Below are positions 37,333 to 46,966 of a stretch of 64,000 bases of DNA, piece by piece; within the stretch, counting starts at the first letter, position 1, and the number at the start of each line of letters is the position of its first letter. A program made the position numbers and the translations under genes. This DNA is from an uncultured bacterium (GTDB lineage: Bacteria; Babelota; Babeliae; Babelales; Vermiphilaceae). The notes under the pieces were generated by a model that was not told where the DNA came from, made no database searches, and worked only from the letters and a program-made list of their open reading frames with translations. The stretch covers positions 576,001 to 640,000 of the forward strand of contig OY970212.1 in the NCBI GenBank assembly GCA_963713925.1, given 5' to 3'.

Positions 37333-37461
37333 ATCGCGTGATACCATTTATGGGAACGGCCTGTGGTTAAGTATTGAGGGGAGGAGGGGTTACAAGGCTC
37401 TTGATAATTGCTAATCTGTAATTTGTACAGATGTTTTTTGTTTGATTAGAGGTATGCAATT

Positions 37462-38082
37462 ATGAATAAATTGTTTTTTGGTGTGATGTTGCCCTTGCTT
37501 ATTGTTGGTTCAACGCAATCGGTAAACACAAAAAAAGGGGCCAGGTTCTCAAGGCGTAAAATAGTAGCTATTATGCAGAAGAGAGCTGAGCTCATTCCAT
37601 CTGTAGATCAAAAAAATAATGATGAAGCGGAGCAAGAGTTCGATATAACAACGCCATTCAAAACAGATTTCATTGAAGAAAAATCAGAAAAAAGGATTTT
37701 TAAATACAGTTTGCATAGTTTGCAACGCATGAGGGAAAGACAAATCTCAACTGCGGCAGTTGCTCACGTATTGAAGAATGGTTCAGGAATGGATTCACGC
37801 GGTGTAATAAAAAAAACTGCGATATATAATAATAAAAGAATATCAGTTGTGATGAACCCGATTAAAAAACTAATTATTACTACTTATGCAGTCAATAAAT
37901 TAAAATCTATCAAATTAGGCAATCATACTACTGACATGAAAAAAATCCGTTTTTATAAACAGTTTCTAAATACACCATTTAAATCTACAAAATCAGGTGA
38001 TTTTACCACTGATATGAAAAAGAGTCGTTCGTATAAACGATTTTTAGATGCAAAATTTAAATTTCTATCTTTAAATAGATAG
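37462..38082 (+). CDS. Secreted DUF4258-like protein with C-terminal 26-aa duplication
   Basis: YSLHSLQRMRERQIS..V..VL..G..IITTY. Confidence 0.65.
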   Translation: MNKLFFGVMLPLLIVGSTQSVNTKKGARFSRRKIVAIMQKRAELIPSVDQKNNDEAEQEFDITTPFKTDFIEEKSEKRIFKYSLHSLQRMRERQISTAAVAHVLKNGSGMDSRGVIKKTAIYNNKRISVVMNPIKKLIITTYAVNKLKSIKLGNHTTDMKKIRFYKQFLNTPFKSTKSGDFTTDMKKSRSYKRFLDAKFKFLSLNR

Positions 38083-38092
38083 GGATATTTTC

Positions 38093-38638
38093 ATGAAAAA
38101 ATTATTGTTAGTTGTTGCTTTATGGGTGGCTCCTCTGATAACTGCAAATGAGGGCAGCCTTCATACGCTTATCAATAAACTATCTGACCATCTGTATTGT
38201 GCTGCGGAGATGACTGGCGGCGGAAAAGACGGTAATGAGTGCGCCGCAATTATTGCTGAATACGTTACAAATATTAAAAGTAGTTTGCAGCAAAAAGATA
38301 TATCTGTAAACCAGTTTGAAGGTGGCCTCACGCCTCTCATGTTGGCCTCGTATTATCATCAATGGGAAGTTATTGATCTTTTATTGAAGGCAGGAGCAGA
38401 TCGCTCCCTTCAAGATAAAGATGGGCGTTCATCTGCTGATTATGTAGTATTGCGAGCTAATGCGAGCCCAGTAAGTATTGCTGGTATGACAAATCTCATT
38501 ATGTCCGGTTATTTTACTGAGCAGCGGTATCATAAATGTTTAGATTTACTTGTTGATAATACAATAAAGCGAATGTGGTTAAGCAGCCGGAACAAGATAA
38601 GACATTTTCTAAACAGGATTATCTACGGGGTATCTTAA
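38093..38638 (+). CDS. Secreted ankyrin-repeat protein
   Basis: GLTPLMLAS..VIDLLLKAGAD..QDKDGRSSADY; signal peptide. Confidence 0.88.
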   Translation: MKKLLLVVALWVAPLITANEGSLHTLINKLSDHLYCAAEMTGGGKDGNECAAIIAEYVTNIKSSLQQKDISVNQFEGGLTPLMLASYYHQWEVIDLLLKAGADRSLQDKDGRSSADYVVLRANASPVSIAGMTNLIMSGYFTEQRYHKCLDLLVDNTIKRMWLSSRNKIRHFLNRIIYGVS

Positions 38639-38827
38639 GCATTTAAAATGCCAATTGTTCAGAATCGACAATAATAAAGATTGTATAAAGGGAAATCCTC
38701 AGTCTTTTAGCCAAAGATTGGGGATTTTTTATTGCCTGCTTTAGTAAACTCATGGGAAGATTTGTTTTGGGAAAACATAAAGGCTCGTAGGTGCATTTAT
38801 TCCCTTTAAAATTGTGATATTTAGACC

Positions 38828-39298
38828 ATGAACCATATAACGCTTAATACTCTGCGAGACTTCAATAGTGTAATCAACGCTGATCTTGTTTTTACAGGCA
38901 ATGTTGATGAAGAAATTGATGCAAATATGTGGGCGATAACATTCGATTGTTCATTGGCAGAATATATAACAATTGTTGAACTGAAAAAATGTATCGATGC
39001 ATTTTTAGAAAAAAAGAGAGAACAGGCGGCGGAATGCGCGATTCCCATAGCTTGCTATATATGGGTAGACGAACAGGCATTCCAACTATGTTTGAATATC
39101 ATATCAGGCCACACGACAAAGCTACCGTTTGGTTGCAAAATTAATTTAGTGGAAGATATAAATCCGATATTGGAAAAATTTCTTACAAGTGCAAGAGTAG
39201 GAGTTATTCCGTGGGAAGATATTATTTTTGTAGATGAGTTTTCAGATGAGGATGACGGCCAAGATTATACATTGGATGTTTATCTAGATTTAATGTGA
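38828..39298 (+). CDS. Hypothetical acidic protein
   Basis: 156-aa ORF, YIWVDEQA..LPFGC. Confidence 0.65.
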   Translation: MNHITLNTLRDFNSVINADLVFTGNVDEEIDANMWAITFDCSLAEYITIVELKKCIDAFLEKKREQAAECAIPIACYIWVDEQAFQLCLNIISGHTTKLPFGCKINLVEDINPILEKFLTSARVGVIPWEDIIFVDEFSDEDDGQDYTLDVYLDLM

Positions 39299-39498
39299 GC
39301 AAGAGCAAATTTAGCCAATTTGCGCACTGACATTTCATCTTGTTCCATTAAGGCTAAGATAAGTTCTGAAATAGCAAATTCCTTGTATCCTTGTTTATAA
39401 TCGCGGAGTTCTTTTGGTGTTAATGATTCGATAAATTCATCATGAGTAGTTTTTATTTTTCTTGAAGATGTTTTTTTATTCATAATATGATTCATCAT
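39280..39498 (-). pseudogene. Truncated HTH antitoxin-like fragment
   Basis: YKEFAISELILALMEQDEMSVRKLAK ends after the first HTH helix, where it meets the convergent gene. Confidence 0.5.
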
Positions 39499-40511
39499 TA
39501 TCTAAATCTCAGTTTCGGGATGTCGTAACCTATATCTTCGTCGGTGAGAAAAACGGGTTGCTTGCATCCGGGGTAAATAAAGTCGGCTATCGTGAAAAAT
39601 TTTTGATATGCTTCACGCTCGAGTGGGTTGGGAAGAAATCTACATTGTAAATCTTGTGCGTCATAAGAACCCGCTTCAAAGATCGTCTCATACCCGATAC
39701 TTTCTAAGTAATACGCAACCCCTACGCAATGTGCAATGCCAACGAACAGGGTAACGTTTTTGTCGGTATGGCGCGCTATGAAATCAAGATATCCGAAGTC
39801 GGCAAATCGATATCGAAAAAAATCCTCCAATGTGGAGGGATAATGTAATCTTCTCGTGATGGCTTGAGCATGTTTTTCCATGAAAGATTTAAATTTCGGG
39901 TCATATTCATCGCTTGTTGCAAGAAGGTTTTGAATGTCTGTTCTGAAAGAATCTTTGTTTTCACGTAATTCATGACAAAATAGATCATATTTATCTTTAT
40001 CAACGGGAAAATTTAAATGATAGTACAGTTGGGGATATTTGTTCCGAATATCATATTCAGTGATCTCAATTGTCGGATCAAGTAGGTATGAACCAATATG
40101 CGCCGCTTTCGATCTAAAGGAGCTATCTAGACTAGAATCGGCTAAAATACCCAATCGAAAGATTAAAGTAATGGCGGCAGGGTCAGGGTCCGATAGAGCT
40201 TTACCCCAATATTTTATCGAATCCAATTTATTTACACTTCGTTTCTCGACTAGGACCCGCTCTTTTGTGGAATCACTTGTGTTTAGAAACTTAACTAGCG
40301 GTTCAGTTATTGCGTTAGTAGCTGATCGATCTAAATCCTGAGTTCTGTATGTGGCATGAGAATCATTTAGAAACTCAGTATGAATCAAATCTCCCGCCAA
40401 GCGAACAATGTGTCCATCAGAATGTGTCATTACTTTTAACGTGACTATCCAGCCGTACATTGTCATAGAACTGCACAAACAAATGAAGTAAAACAGGGTG
40501 ATTGTTTTCAT
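39498..40511 (-). CDS. Hypothetical secreted protein (possible TraB/Tiki-like)
   Basis: Signal peptide; GDLIH, VLVE, LFVGIAH. Confidence 0.55.
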   Translation of the reverse strand: MKTITLFYFICLCSSMTMYGWIVTLKVMTHSDGHIVRLAGDLIHTEFLNDSHATYRTQDLDRSATNAITEPLVKFLNTSDSTKERVLVEKRSVNKLDSIKYWGKALSDPDPAAITLIFRLGILADSSLDSSFRSKAAHIGSYLLDPTIEITEYDIRNKYPQLYYHLNFPVDKDKYDLFCHELRENKDSFRTDIQNLLATSDEYDPKFKSFMEKHAQAITRRLHYPSTLEDFFRYRFADFGYLDFIARHTDKNVTLFVGIAHCVGVAYYLESIGYETIFEAGSYDAQDLQCRFLPNPLEREAYQKFFTIADFIYPGCKQPVFLTDEDIGYDIPKLRFR

Positions 40512-40674
40512 GTGTGTTAAGACTCTCTCTTTTTAAAGTAAATCGAAAAATTGATACGTCGATAAAATCTAGAATGATTTTCAGAAGAAGTAAATGTTAA
40601 TATCTGATGTTATTGGAGTCGGGTAGTAATATCAGGATTGGTTTTCTCATGCATTTTTAATACCTCCATTTTTA

Positions 40675-40704
40675 TTGACTTTTTCATTGCCAATTTGTTA
40701 CTAT
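40675..40704 (+). promoter_or_regulatory. Sigma70-like promoter, duplicated at 45585
   Basis: TTGACT-18 nt-TACTAT. Confidence 0.6.
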
Positions 40705-40749
40705 TTGAATTATGGAAGGTAGTGTATTACATCAATTAAGGAGGTTTTT

Positions 40750-41034
40750 ATGAAGTTACATTTCTTTTTATTATCTATGATCACCGTTCTTACTGTATCT
40801 ACGGGGTTACATGCTTTTGATATTGTTGGAAGCGCAGTTGAAGGCGCAGGGGATATAGTAAGTGATGTTGGTCGCGGTGTTAGTAACGTTGGTGGCGCTA
40901 TCGCCGATAGACCTTATTACTATGGTTATTATGACAACCATTACTATGGACGTCCTGTTGGCTATGATAGAATTTATGAAGTTCGTCCCGATCGTTATGT
41001 CGAACCGGTCTCTGTCGAAGAGATGGTGTACTAA
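40750..41034 (+). CDS. Small secreted Gly/Tyr-rich protein
   Basis: AAGGAGG RBS, signal peptide, terminator near 41091-41118. Confidence 0.8.
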   Translation: MKLHFFLLSMITVLTVSTGLHAFDIVGSAVEGAGDIVSDVGRGVSNVGGAIADRPYYYGYYDNHYYGRPVGYDRIYEVRPDRYVEPVSVEEMVY

Positions 41035-41249
41035 GATTGTTAGTGCCAGATATTTTATCTTCTTGATATAACAAGAGAAGATATGAATTTAAGGCTCCTG
41101 AAAAGGAGCCTTTTTTTTGTCGGTAAGATTTATCATAAAATAGTCTTCGAGAAAGTGCGCTTCTATGCGCTCTCATGGACAAAATCAGTGTGAGGAGTAA
41201 TATAAAAAGAGAATTTTCTTTTATCAGACCACATTTTTCAGGGGTTTTT

Positions 41250-41921
41250 ATGAAAAAACTATTGGTAAGTCTGTTATCTTTTGCAACCGCTGTATGCTTT
41301 GGAGAGGTAACGGTTGTTAATTATGATCCGGGTCACAAAGACGCCGTGATGGAGATGTGTCTTCAAGATTCAAAGCAGCTTGTTTGTGGAAGCGCAGTGG
41401 TCGACATGGGGCTTGCGACAACGGAGCAATTTAATGAAGAAGCCAAAAAAGTAATGGAAGCAGTTTTGGCTGATCCAAACAAAATAAAGTGGGTTGTTAT
41501 CGATTCAGGAAAAGTAATCGGGTTTGTTGAATTTTTTATGACAAAAGAGCAAAGCGTTGAGTCGATACTCAAACAAGTAAAAGCTCAATTTCCTCAATTA
41601 ACTACTGAACAAGAGTCACAAATAGCAGCCGGTTTCTCATACTTGAAAAAGACCGATGCTGAATGTGATCTTATTGGAAAGATTGAAAGCATTGTCGTTT
41701 CAAAAGATTTCAGGCGTCGTGGACACGCACGCATGCTCATTAAAAAAGCCATTGAGCGTATCAAGCAGGCTTTTCCTGAAATTAAATGGGTGGGACTTGA
41801 TGTCAATGCGGCCAATGAAGGAGCAAGAAAGCTGTATGAATCTGAAGGATTTACACAATCTGCAGTTCAACCACAGCATTTGGTTATGATGCAAGTAGTT
41901 CAATACGAAAAAGCTCTATAG
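41250..41921 (+). CDS. GNAT acetyltransferase with signal peptide (paralog of 35289)
   Basis: VSKDFRRRGHA, LDVNAANEGARKLYESEGF. Confidence 0.9.
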   Translation: MKKLLVSLLSFATAVCFGEVTVVNYDPGHKDAVMEMCLQDSKQLVCGSAVVDMGLATTEQFNEEAKKVMEAVLADPNKIKWVVIDSGKVIGFVEFFMTKEQSVESILKQVKAQFPQLTTEQESQIAAGFSYLKKTDAECDLIGKIESIVVSKDFRRRGHARMLIKKAIERIKQAFPEIKWVGLDVNAANEGARKLYESEGFTQSAVQPQHLVMMQVVQYEKAL

Positions 41922-41940
41922 ATTCATTTTTATAATCGAT

Positions 41941-41970
41941 AAAAAGACCGCTTTAAAAGGCGGTCTTTTT
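41941..41970 (+). terminator. Intrinsic terminator
   Basis: AAAAAGACCGC..GCGGTCTTTTT. Confidence 0.8.
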
Positions 41971-42166
41971 ATTAGGATAATTTCTTTTCATCCATGAGCT
42001 AAAGGTAAGACTTTTTCTGACCTTCAGCTTTCGAAATGAGAAAATTCGTAATTTTTCGCTAAAACAGTAGCTCGTCATTAACCCATTTTCGTGCAAATGC
42101 TTTGTGCAGCGCGAAAGTTCATGCTAGTATTGCCTCTAAATATCATTTTTTTCAGAAGGAGTATTT

Positions 42167-42862
42167 ATGAAGCGATTATTACTTGCCGGGCTGTTGTGCA
42201 TCGTGTCGGCCCAAGCGGCGCATCATATGCAATCAGAAGAAGCCAAAAGGTTGGAAGCCGATTACAAAAAGGAGAGTGAACAGAATGAAATCATATGGAA
42301 AGACCATTGGGAATCGATCGAGCGGGACGCTCTTCGCTTTGTTTTCCAATCGGCCGACAAGATCGAAAAAGAACGGTATGAATCAATGGCTCGGTGCGCC
42401 CGATTTTTGAAGGTTCATCATAACTATTATACCTACCGAGATCGCATCAATCAGGTAACTCAAGGAATACCTGAAAATGAGCTTGATACCGTAAAAACAA
42501 AAGGATTTGGACATCCATTATGTCAAAGAATTGAAAAAGAGTGTGATGATGCATGTAAAGAGCAACTGGTTCGCGACGCACGTTCAGTAATGAAAATGGT
42601 AAAGCTTAAAGCGACATGGTCATACTGGGGATATGGCTGGTCGCCACAATGGGGATATTACGATGTTGATCAAAAATTGATTGCAGATCAATCAATCGTC
42701 TCGGACGAAATGTATCCCGAGAGTGCCACGATTCCTGAGCCTGACATTGCAAAAAAGGCCGCTGCCATTTTGGCATGTCAAAAATGCGTTGAACATGGCA
42801 ACTTGGATTATAAATCGAAACAGAAATTTGATGAGCGATTTTTCGGAAAAAAGAGCTCGTAA
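42167..42862 (+). CDS. Hypothetical secreted protein
   Basis: AAGGAG RBS, signal peptide. Confidence 0.75.
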   Translation: MKRLLLAGLLCIVSAQAAHHMQSEEAKRLEADYKKESEQNEIIWKDHWESIERDALRFVFQSADKIEKERYESMARCARFLKVHHNYYTYRDRINQVTQGIPENELDTVKTKGFGHPLCQRIEKECDDACKEQLVRDARSVMKMVKLKATWSYWGYGWSPQWGYYDVDQKLIADQSIVSDEMYPESATIPEPDIAKKAAAILACQKCVEHGNLDYKSKQKFDERFFGKKSS

Positions 42863-43035
42863 TAATAAATGGTCGATTTTAGGTTATCGCTCATGAAATG
42901 AGTTGACCTCTTTTAACGTTTCAAAGAGAACCGCTTTGCAAGAAATTATGCTTGTAAAGCGGTTCTCTTTTTGACAAAAAAATGTCTACATGTAACAATG
43001 ATTATTCGGAATTATTACTGTGAAGGGGCATTCTT

Positions 43036-44745
43036 ATGTTCAAAAAAGTTTTTTTCTTATCTTTCATGACAGTTGGTGTCCTCATGGGCCAACAAGCGGC
43101 CGTTGAAGATTACAGCACTGGGCGATCAAAAATAGTCACCATTATGTCAGACGATCGCATGGGGGTTTCCGCATATAATAGGGACCATGTGAAAGTTGCC
43201 GAAACACAAAACCTAGCGGCTGATCTTAATGCGACTGAAATTGCTCGTTTTTTTGGGTGTCAGATGGTGATGGGAGAGACTCATTTAATCGAAACGTTAC
43301 AACATTTGGTGAGCAAATTTGATGATGAAGCAGTGTTATCTCGACGAACCGCAATCATACACGCGTTGAAAGAAGATCCGAAATTCAGAAAAGCCGTTAA
43401 AGAATTGCTCGAAATTGCCAAAGAGGCCGAGCCGGATGTTATCGTGCTTATGTCGGATATTTTCAAGGGCAGAACATGTCCTGAATTGGCGGGTCTTGAG
43501 CTTCTCAAGCAACAAAATCCTGCATTGTATCCGGTTATTAATTTTTTTCATTCCAATTCAACGGCAAGGACTGCCGGAACAATTTGGAATCTGGCATCAT
43601 GGGGACTCCTTGCATTTGCAACGCAATTTTTTGCTCGACAAGCATATACACTTGCTCGGGCTGGGATTGATTATTCTGAAGCAGTAAAAGGAACACTCTA
43701 TACCGGCGTGGCAGCTGCCCTTTCTTCTTATGGCAACTATAAAGACTACACGAGCGCAGCTGAAAAACGTCGTAAATTGCATGCGCTTAATCGCATGGTG
43801 TATGCCGCTGAAAAAATTGAAGCTTTGTATGATGAGTATGGGCTTAAAAGCCAATTTAAAGTGAGTGCCATTGAAGGCACAGGCAAAACGATTATTAAAA
43901 AATTGAAACATCCTCGTTATGAGCATAAGAGAACCTACGTTTTCATGTTGCCATCAGTACACACGTTTCTCTACGAGCTGTATCAAAATGAGGCACATTT
44001 AGCTCAGCTTTTTGCATGCATTGCGGAAATGGATGCTTATTATTCTATTGCACAAAAGATGGTTGATTCAGAAGGAACTGCAAATCCATTCTGCTTTGTG
44101 AAGTTCACTGCTGATGAAAAAGCTGGAATTGTTTCTGAAGGATTCTGGAATGTCTTGGTTAAAAATGCGGTTCCGAGTAACGTCGATGAATCCAAGCACA
44201 TTATCTTGACCGGGCCGAATGCCGGAGGAAAAACGACAACCATTCGCGCGCTTTTGCAAAACATCATGCTTGCCCAAACATTTGGTATTGCTGCAGCGCA
44301 ATCATGCACGATGCCGATGTTTGATATAGTGCATTCATACTTGAATATTTCTGATGATATTTTAGCAGGTAAATCTTTGTTTGCATCAGAAGTCAAACGT
44401 GCTCAAGACGTGTTGTTGCGTATTAAAGAGCTTGCGCCAGGAGAGCGTTATTTCTTCGCACTTGATGAATTGTTCACCGGAACTGCGGCTGAAGCCGGAG
44501 AAGAATGTGCCTATGAGTTTATCAAACGCATTTCGGAATTCCCGGGTGTCCAATTTATTTATGCGACACACTTTAATAAGTTAAAAGAACTTGGCAATGA
44601 AAGCATCATGTGTGCGAACTATAAAGTCGATGCTCCGATCAAAAATGAAGAAGGCAAGCTTGTCTATCCATTTACTTTGAGCAAGGGAGCTAATGAGGTG
44701 AACGTTGCTTTGGATTTAGCAAAAGAAGCAGAATTGTTTGCATAA
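43036..44745 (+). CDS. MutS domain V ATPase family protein with signal peptide and TM segments
   Basis: ILTGPNAGGKTT, SLFASE, DELFTGT, YATHF. Confidence 0.9.
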   Translation: MFKKVFFLSFMTVGVLMGQQAAVEDYSTGRSKIVTIMSDDRMGVSAYNRDHVKVAETQNLAADLNATEIARFFGCQMVMGETHLIETLQHLVSKFDDEAVLSRRTAIIHALKEDPKFRKAVKELLEIAKEAEPDVIVLMSDIFKGRTCPELAGLELLKQQNPALYPVINFFHSNSTARTAGTIWNLASWGLLAFATQFFARQAYTLARAGIDYSEAVKGTLYTGVAAALSSYGNYKDYTSAAEKRRKLHALNRMVYAAEKIEALYDEYGLKSQFKVSAIEGTGKTIIKKLKHPRYEHKRTYVFMLPSVHTFLYELYQNEAHLAQLFACIAEMDAYYSIAQKMVDSEGTANPFCFVKFTADEKAGIVSEGFWNVLVKNAVPSNVDESKHIILTGPNAGGKTTTIRALLQNIMLAQTFGIAAAQSCTMPMFDIVHSYLNISDDILAGKSLFASEVKRAQDVLLRIKELAPGERYFFALDELFTGTAAEAGEECAYEFIKRISEFPGVQFIYATHFNKLKELGNESIMCANYKVDAPIKNEEGKLVYPFTLSKGANEVNVALDLAKEAELFA

Positions 44746-44769
44746 TAAATTGTTGTAAAAAATGATTTC

Positions 44770-44798
44770 AAAAAGGTCGCTTAATCGCGGCCTTTTTT
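44770..44798 (+). terminator. Intrinsic terminator
   Basis: AAAAAGGTCGC-TTAATC-GCGGCCTTTTTT. Confidence 0.75.
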
Positions 44799-44975
44799 GT
44801 TCAAATATTCTCAAAAACCGATATTGACATTAAAAATCATTGCGGGCGAAAAGCAGTTCATGAGACTCTGAATTTGGAAATGTAGTTCGGGGCCTCCGCC
44901 GAAGTTTACGTGGATGGGGTAAAAAAAAGGGTTCCCCGAGTGAATTTATGCGCTTGGGTTTAAAAGGGATGATGT

Positions 44976-45518
44976 ATGCACAAGAAACGAATTTCGGTTT
45001 ACGAAGCTTATCAATTGATTGAACCGGGTCCGGTGGTAATGGTCAGCACAGCACATGGAGATGAAAAAAATATCATGACCATGGCCTGGCATATGGTCAT
45101 TGAATTTAAGCCGCCGATGATGGCTTTTATGTTAAGCAATCAAAACCATTCATTCGAGCTTTTGAAAAAAAGCGGAGAATGTGTTTTGAATATCCCCGAT
45201 GTTGAGCTGGCGCATACGGTTGTCAGAGTTGGTAATTGCACTGGAGCCAAGATTGATAAATTTAAAAAATTTGGGCTCACCGCAACTCTAGCGGCCAAAG
45301 TGAAAGCACCATTAATCGCAGAATGTTATGCCAATATTGAGTGTAAAGTGATTGATACGCAGCTGGTTAATACCTATAACATATTTATTGTTAAAGTGGT
45401 TGCCGCATGGAAGGCAAAGGCAAAAAAACAGTTTCGCATGATGCACCATCGAGGAAGAGGAGTCTTTGTAATCGACGGTAAAATTATACGCATTCCATCA
45501 AAAAAAACGGGTAGCTGA
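44976..45518 (+). CDS. Flavin reductase-like (DIM6/NTAB) protein
   Basis: EPGPVVMVST, NIMTMAW, ECVLNIP, APLIAECYANIECKV. Confidence 0.9.
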   Translation: MHKKRISVYEAYQLIEPGPVVMVSTAHGDEKNIMTMAWHMVIEFKPPMMAFMLSNQNHSFELLKKSGECVLNIPDVELAHTVVRVGNCTGAKIDKFKKFGLTATLAAKVKAPLIAECYANIECKVIDTQLVNTYNIFIVKVVAAWKAKAKKQFRMMHHRGRGVFVIDGKIIRIPSKKTGS

Positions 45519-45584
45519 ATTTGTGTATATCTCTTCTTGTGCAAAACACCCTGAATGCAGGGTAAATGAGGGTAGTTCGATATA

Positions 45585-45614
45585 TTGACTTTTCAATGCT
45601 CGATTTGTTACTAT
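45585..45614 (+). promoter_or_regulatory. Sigma70-like promoter, duplicated at 40675
   Basis: TTGACT-18 nt-TACTAT. Confidence 0.6.
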
Positions 45615-45696
45615 TTGAATATAATAGCAGGTGATTATAACCTGTTTTTAACTATGAATATGAAAATAGGTGACCTAGTATTTAGGAGGTAGTTGT

Positions 45697-45942
45697 ATGA
45701 AGTCATTATTAAAAATTGTATCACTTTTGAGCATGTTGGCCGTTTTAACTATTGCAGTTTCTCTTGAGGCAGCACAACCAAAACCGGTAGTGCAAACCCC
45801 AACGCCACCAGTTACCCCAAATCAAACCGGCAACAAACCCGTCACGCCGGGTAGTCGTTTCACGAAAGAAGAGAACCCACATGCCTCGATCTTCGCTGCA
45901 TCGTCAATTCAATCCGCAGGGTCAACTTCATCTAACGAGTAA
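45697..45942 (+). CDS. Small secreted Pro/Thr-rich peptide
   Basis: AGGAGG RBS, signal peptide. Confidence 0.75.
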   Translation: MKSLLKIVSLLSMLAVLTIAVSLEAAQPKPVVQTPTPPVTPNQTGNKPVTPGSRFTKEENPHASIFAASSIQSAGSTSSNE

Positions 45943-45969
45943 ATGACTACACATTCAAATTAAAGAGAG

Positions 45970-46251
45970 ATGTTCATGAGGATACGTTATCTTTTATTTA
46001 CTTGCTTAAGCATTATGATGTCGGGCCGCATTTTTGCTGCTCCGCTTAATCTTAATCGCGATGAAAAGATGGCATTAATAGAAAATATGAGAAGGCAATA
46101 TCCTAATGATTATGCAAAGCAGAATGAGATTATCAAAACCTTAGGTATTACGCCTGATGATTTGAATTATTACGATGGAACACACAAATCTCGGAATAAC
46201 ATTTCCGGGAAAGGTGTTAGTATCCCGTGGGACACGATAAATTGGCAGTAA
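45970..46251 (+). CDS. Small secreted protein
   Basis: Signal peptide ending IFA. Confidence 0.65.
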   Translation: MFMRIRYLLFTCLSIMMSGRIFAAPLNLNRDEKMALIENMRRQYPNDYAKQNEIIKTLGITPDDLNYYDGTHKSRNNISGKGVSIPWDTINWQ

Positions 46252-46304
46252 AAGTTTTTTTTAATCCGCCGTTAGAACTATGGCGGTGCCAGGGAGGTTA
46301 TATC

Positions 46305-46547
46305 ATGAAAAAGTATATTATTTTTAGTTTAGTTGTATTATCTTCCGCTCTTCGCGCTACAACTCCTGATGCAATAAAGCAAGGATTGACCGGCACTCAA
46401 CCTCAGCAGCAGACACCAATTACTCAGAGTGGCGGGCAACCGGTACATCCGATTTCGGGAGCAAGGATGATGGCTACGATAATGCCTCCGTCAGTTATGT
46501 CTCAAACACCAAATCAGGGGACTGTGAATAATCGGGCTGATGAATAA
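46305..46547 (+). CDS. Small secreted Pro/Gln/Thr-rich peptide
   Basis: GGAGG RBS, MKKYIIFSLVVLSSALRA. Confidence 0.75.
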   Translation: MKKYIIFSLVVLSSALRATTPDAIKQGLTGTQPQQQTPITQSGGQPVHPISGARMMATIMPPSVMSQTPNQGTVNNRADE

Positions 46548-46618
46548 ATAAAAACTTGAATTCTGTCTGAATAAAAAATTTTATTGTATTTTCGTAACAT
46601 TTATTTAAGGAGGTTTCT

Positions 46619-46966
46619 ATGAAGTTACGTTTATTATCACTTATTGCTGTAGTTGCAATGACAACTGGATTGAATGCCATTGTTGGTGACGTCTTAAGAA
46701 TGCCCGGTCGAGCAGCTGCCGGAGTTACCAGTGGTCTAACAGGTCGTGGTTATTACCGTGGCGGTGATCGCTTTGCGGGAGAAGAAATGCATAACCGACC
46801 ATTGGAAAAAGTATCTGCAGGTACGTATGAAGAGCCTGGTCAGCTTTATGCCCCGGTGGAATTGGGTAACGAGTTAAGCGTTAACCCACAGACTGGGTCG
46901 TATCACCACTTCTTAAATGAAGGTGCAGAGCCTCGCTTTGGTAATTTCTTGACACCTAGATATTAA
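46619..46966 (+). CDS. Small secreted Gly-rich protein
   Basis: AAGGAGG RBS, signal peptide, terminator near 46987-47021. Confidence 0.8.
   Translation: MKLRLLSLIAVVAMTTGLNAIVGDVLRMPGRAAAGVTSGLTGRGYYRGGDRFAGEEMHNRPLEKVSAGTYEEPGQLYAPVELGNELSVNPQTGSYHHFLNEGAEPRFGNFLTPRY

Noticed and set aside
34268..37414. Apparent paralogous ORFs 34268-34477 and 37223-37414 (M.TKC..KGRFQSDL)
   Set aside because: The similarity comes from the duplicated att arm and terminator palindrome, and the middles differ; better explained as non-coding junction DNA.
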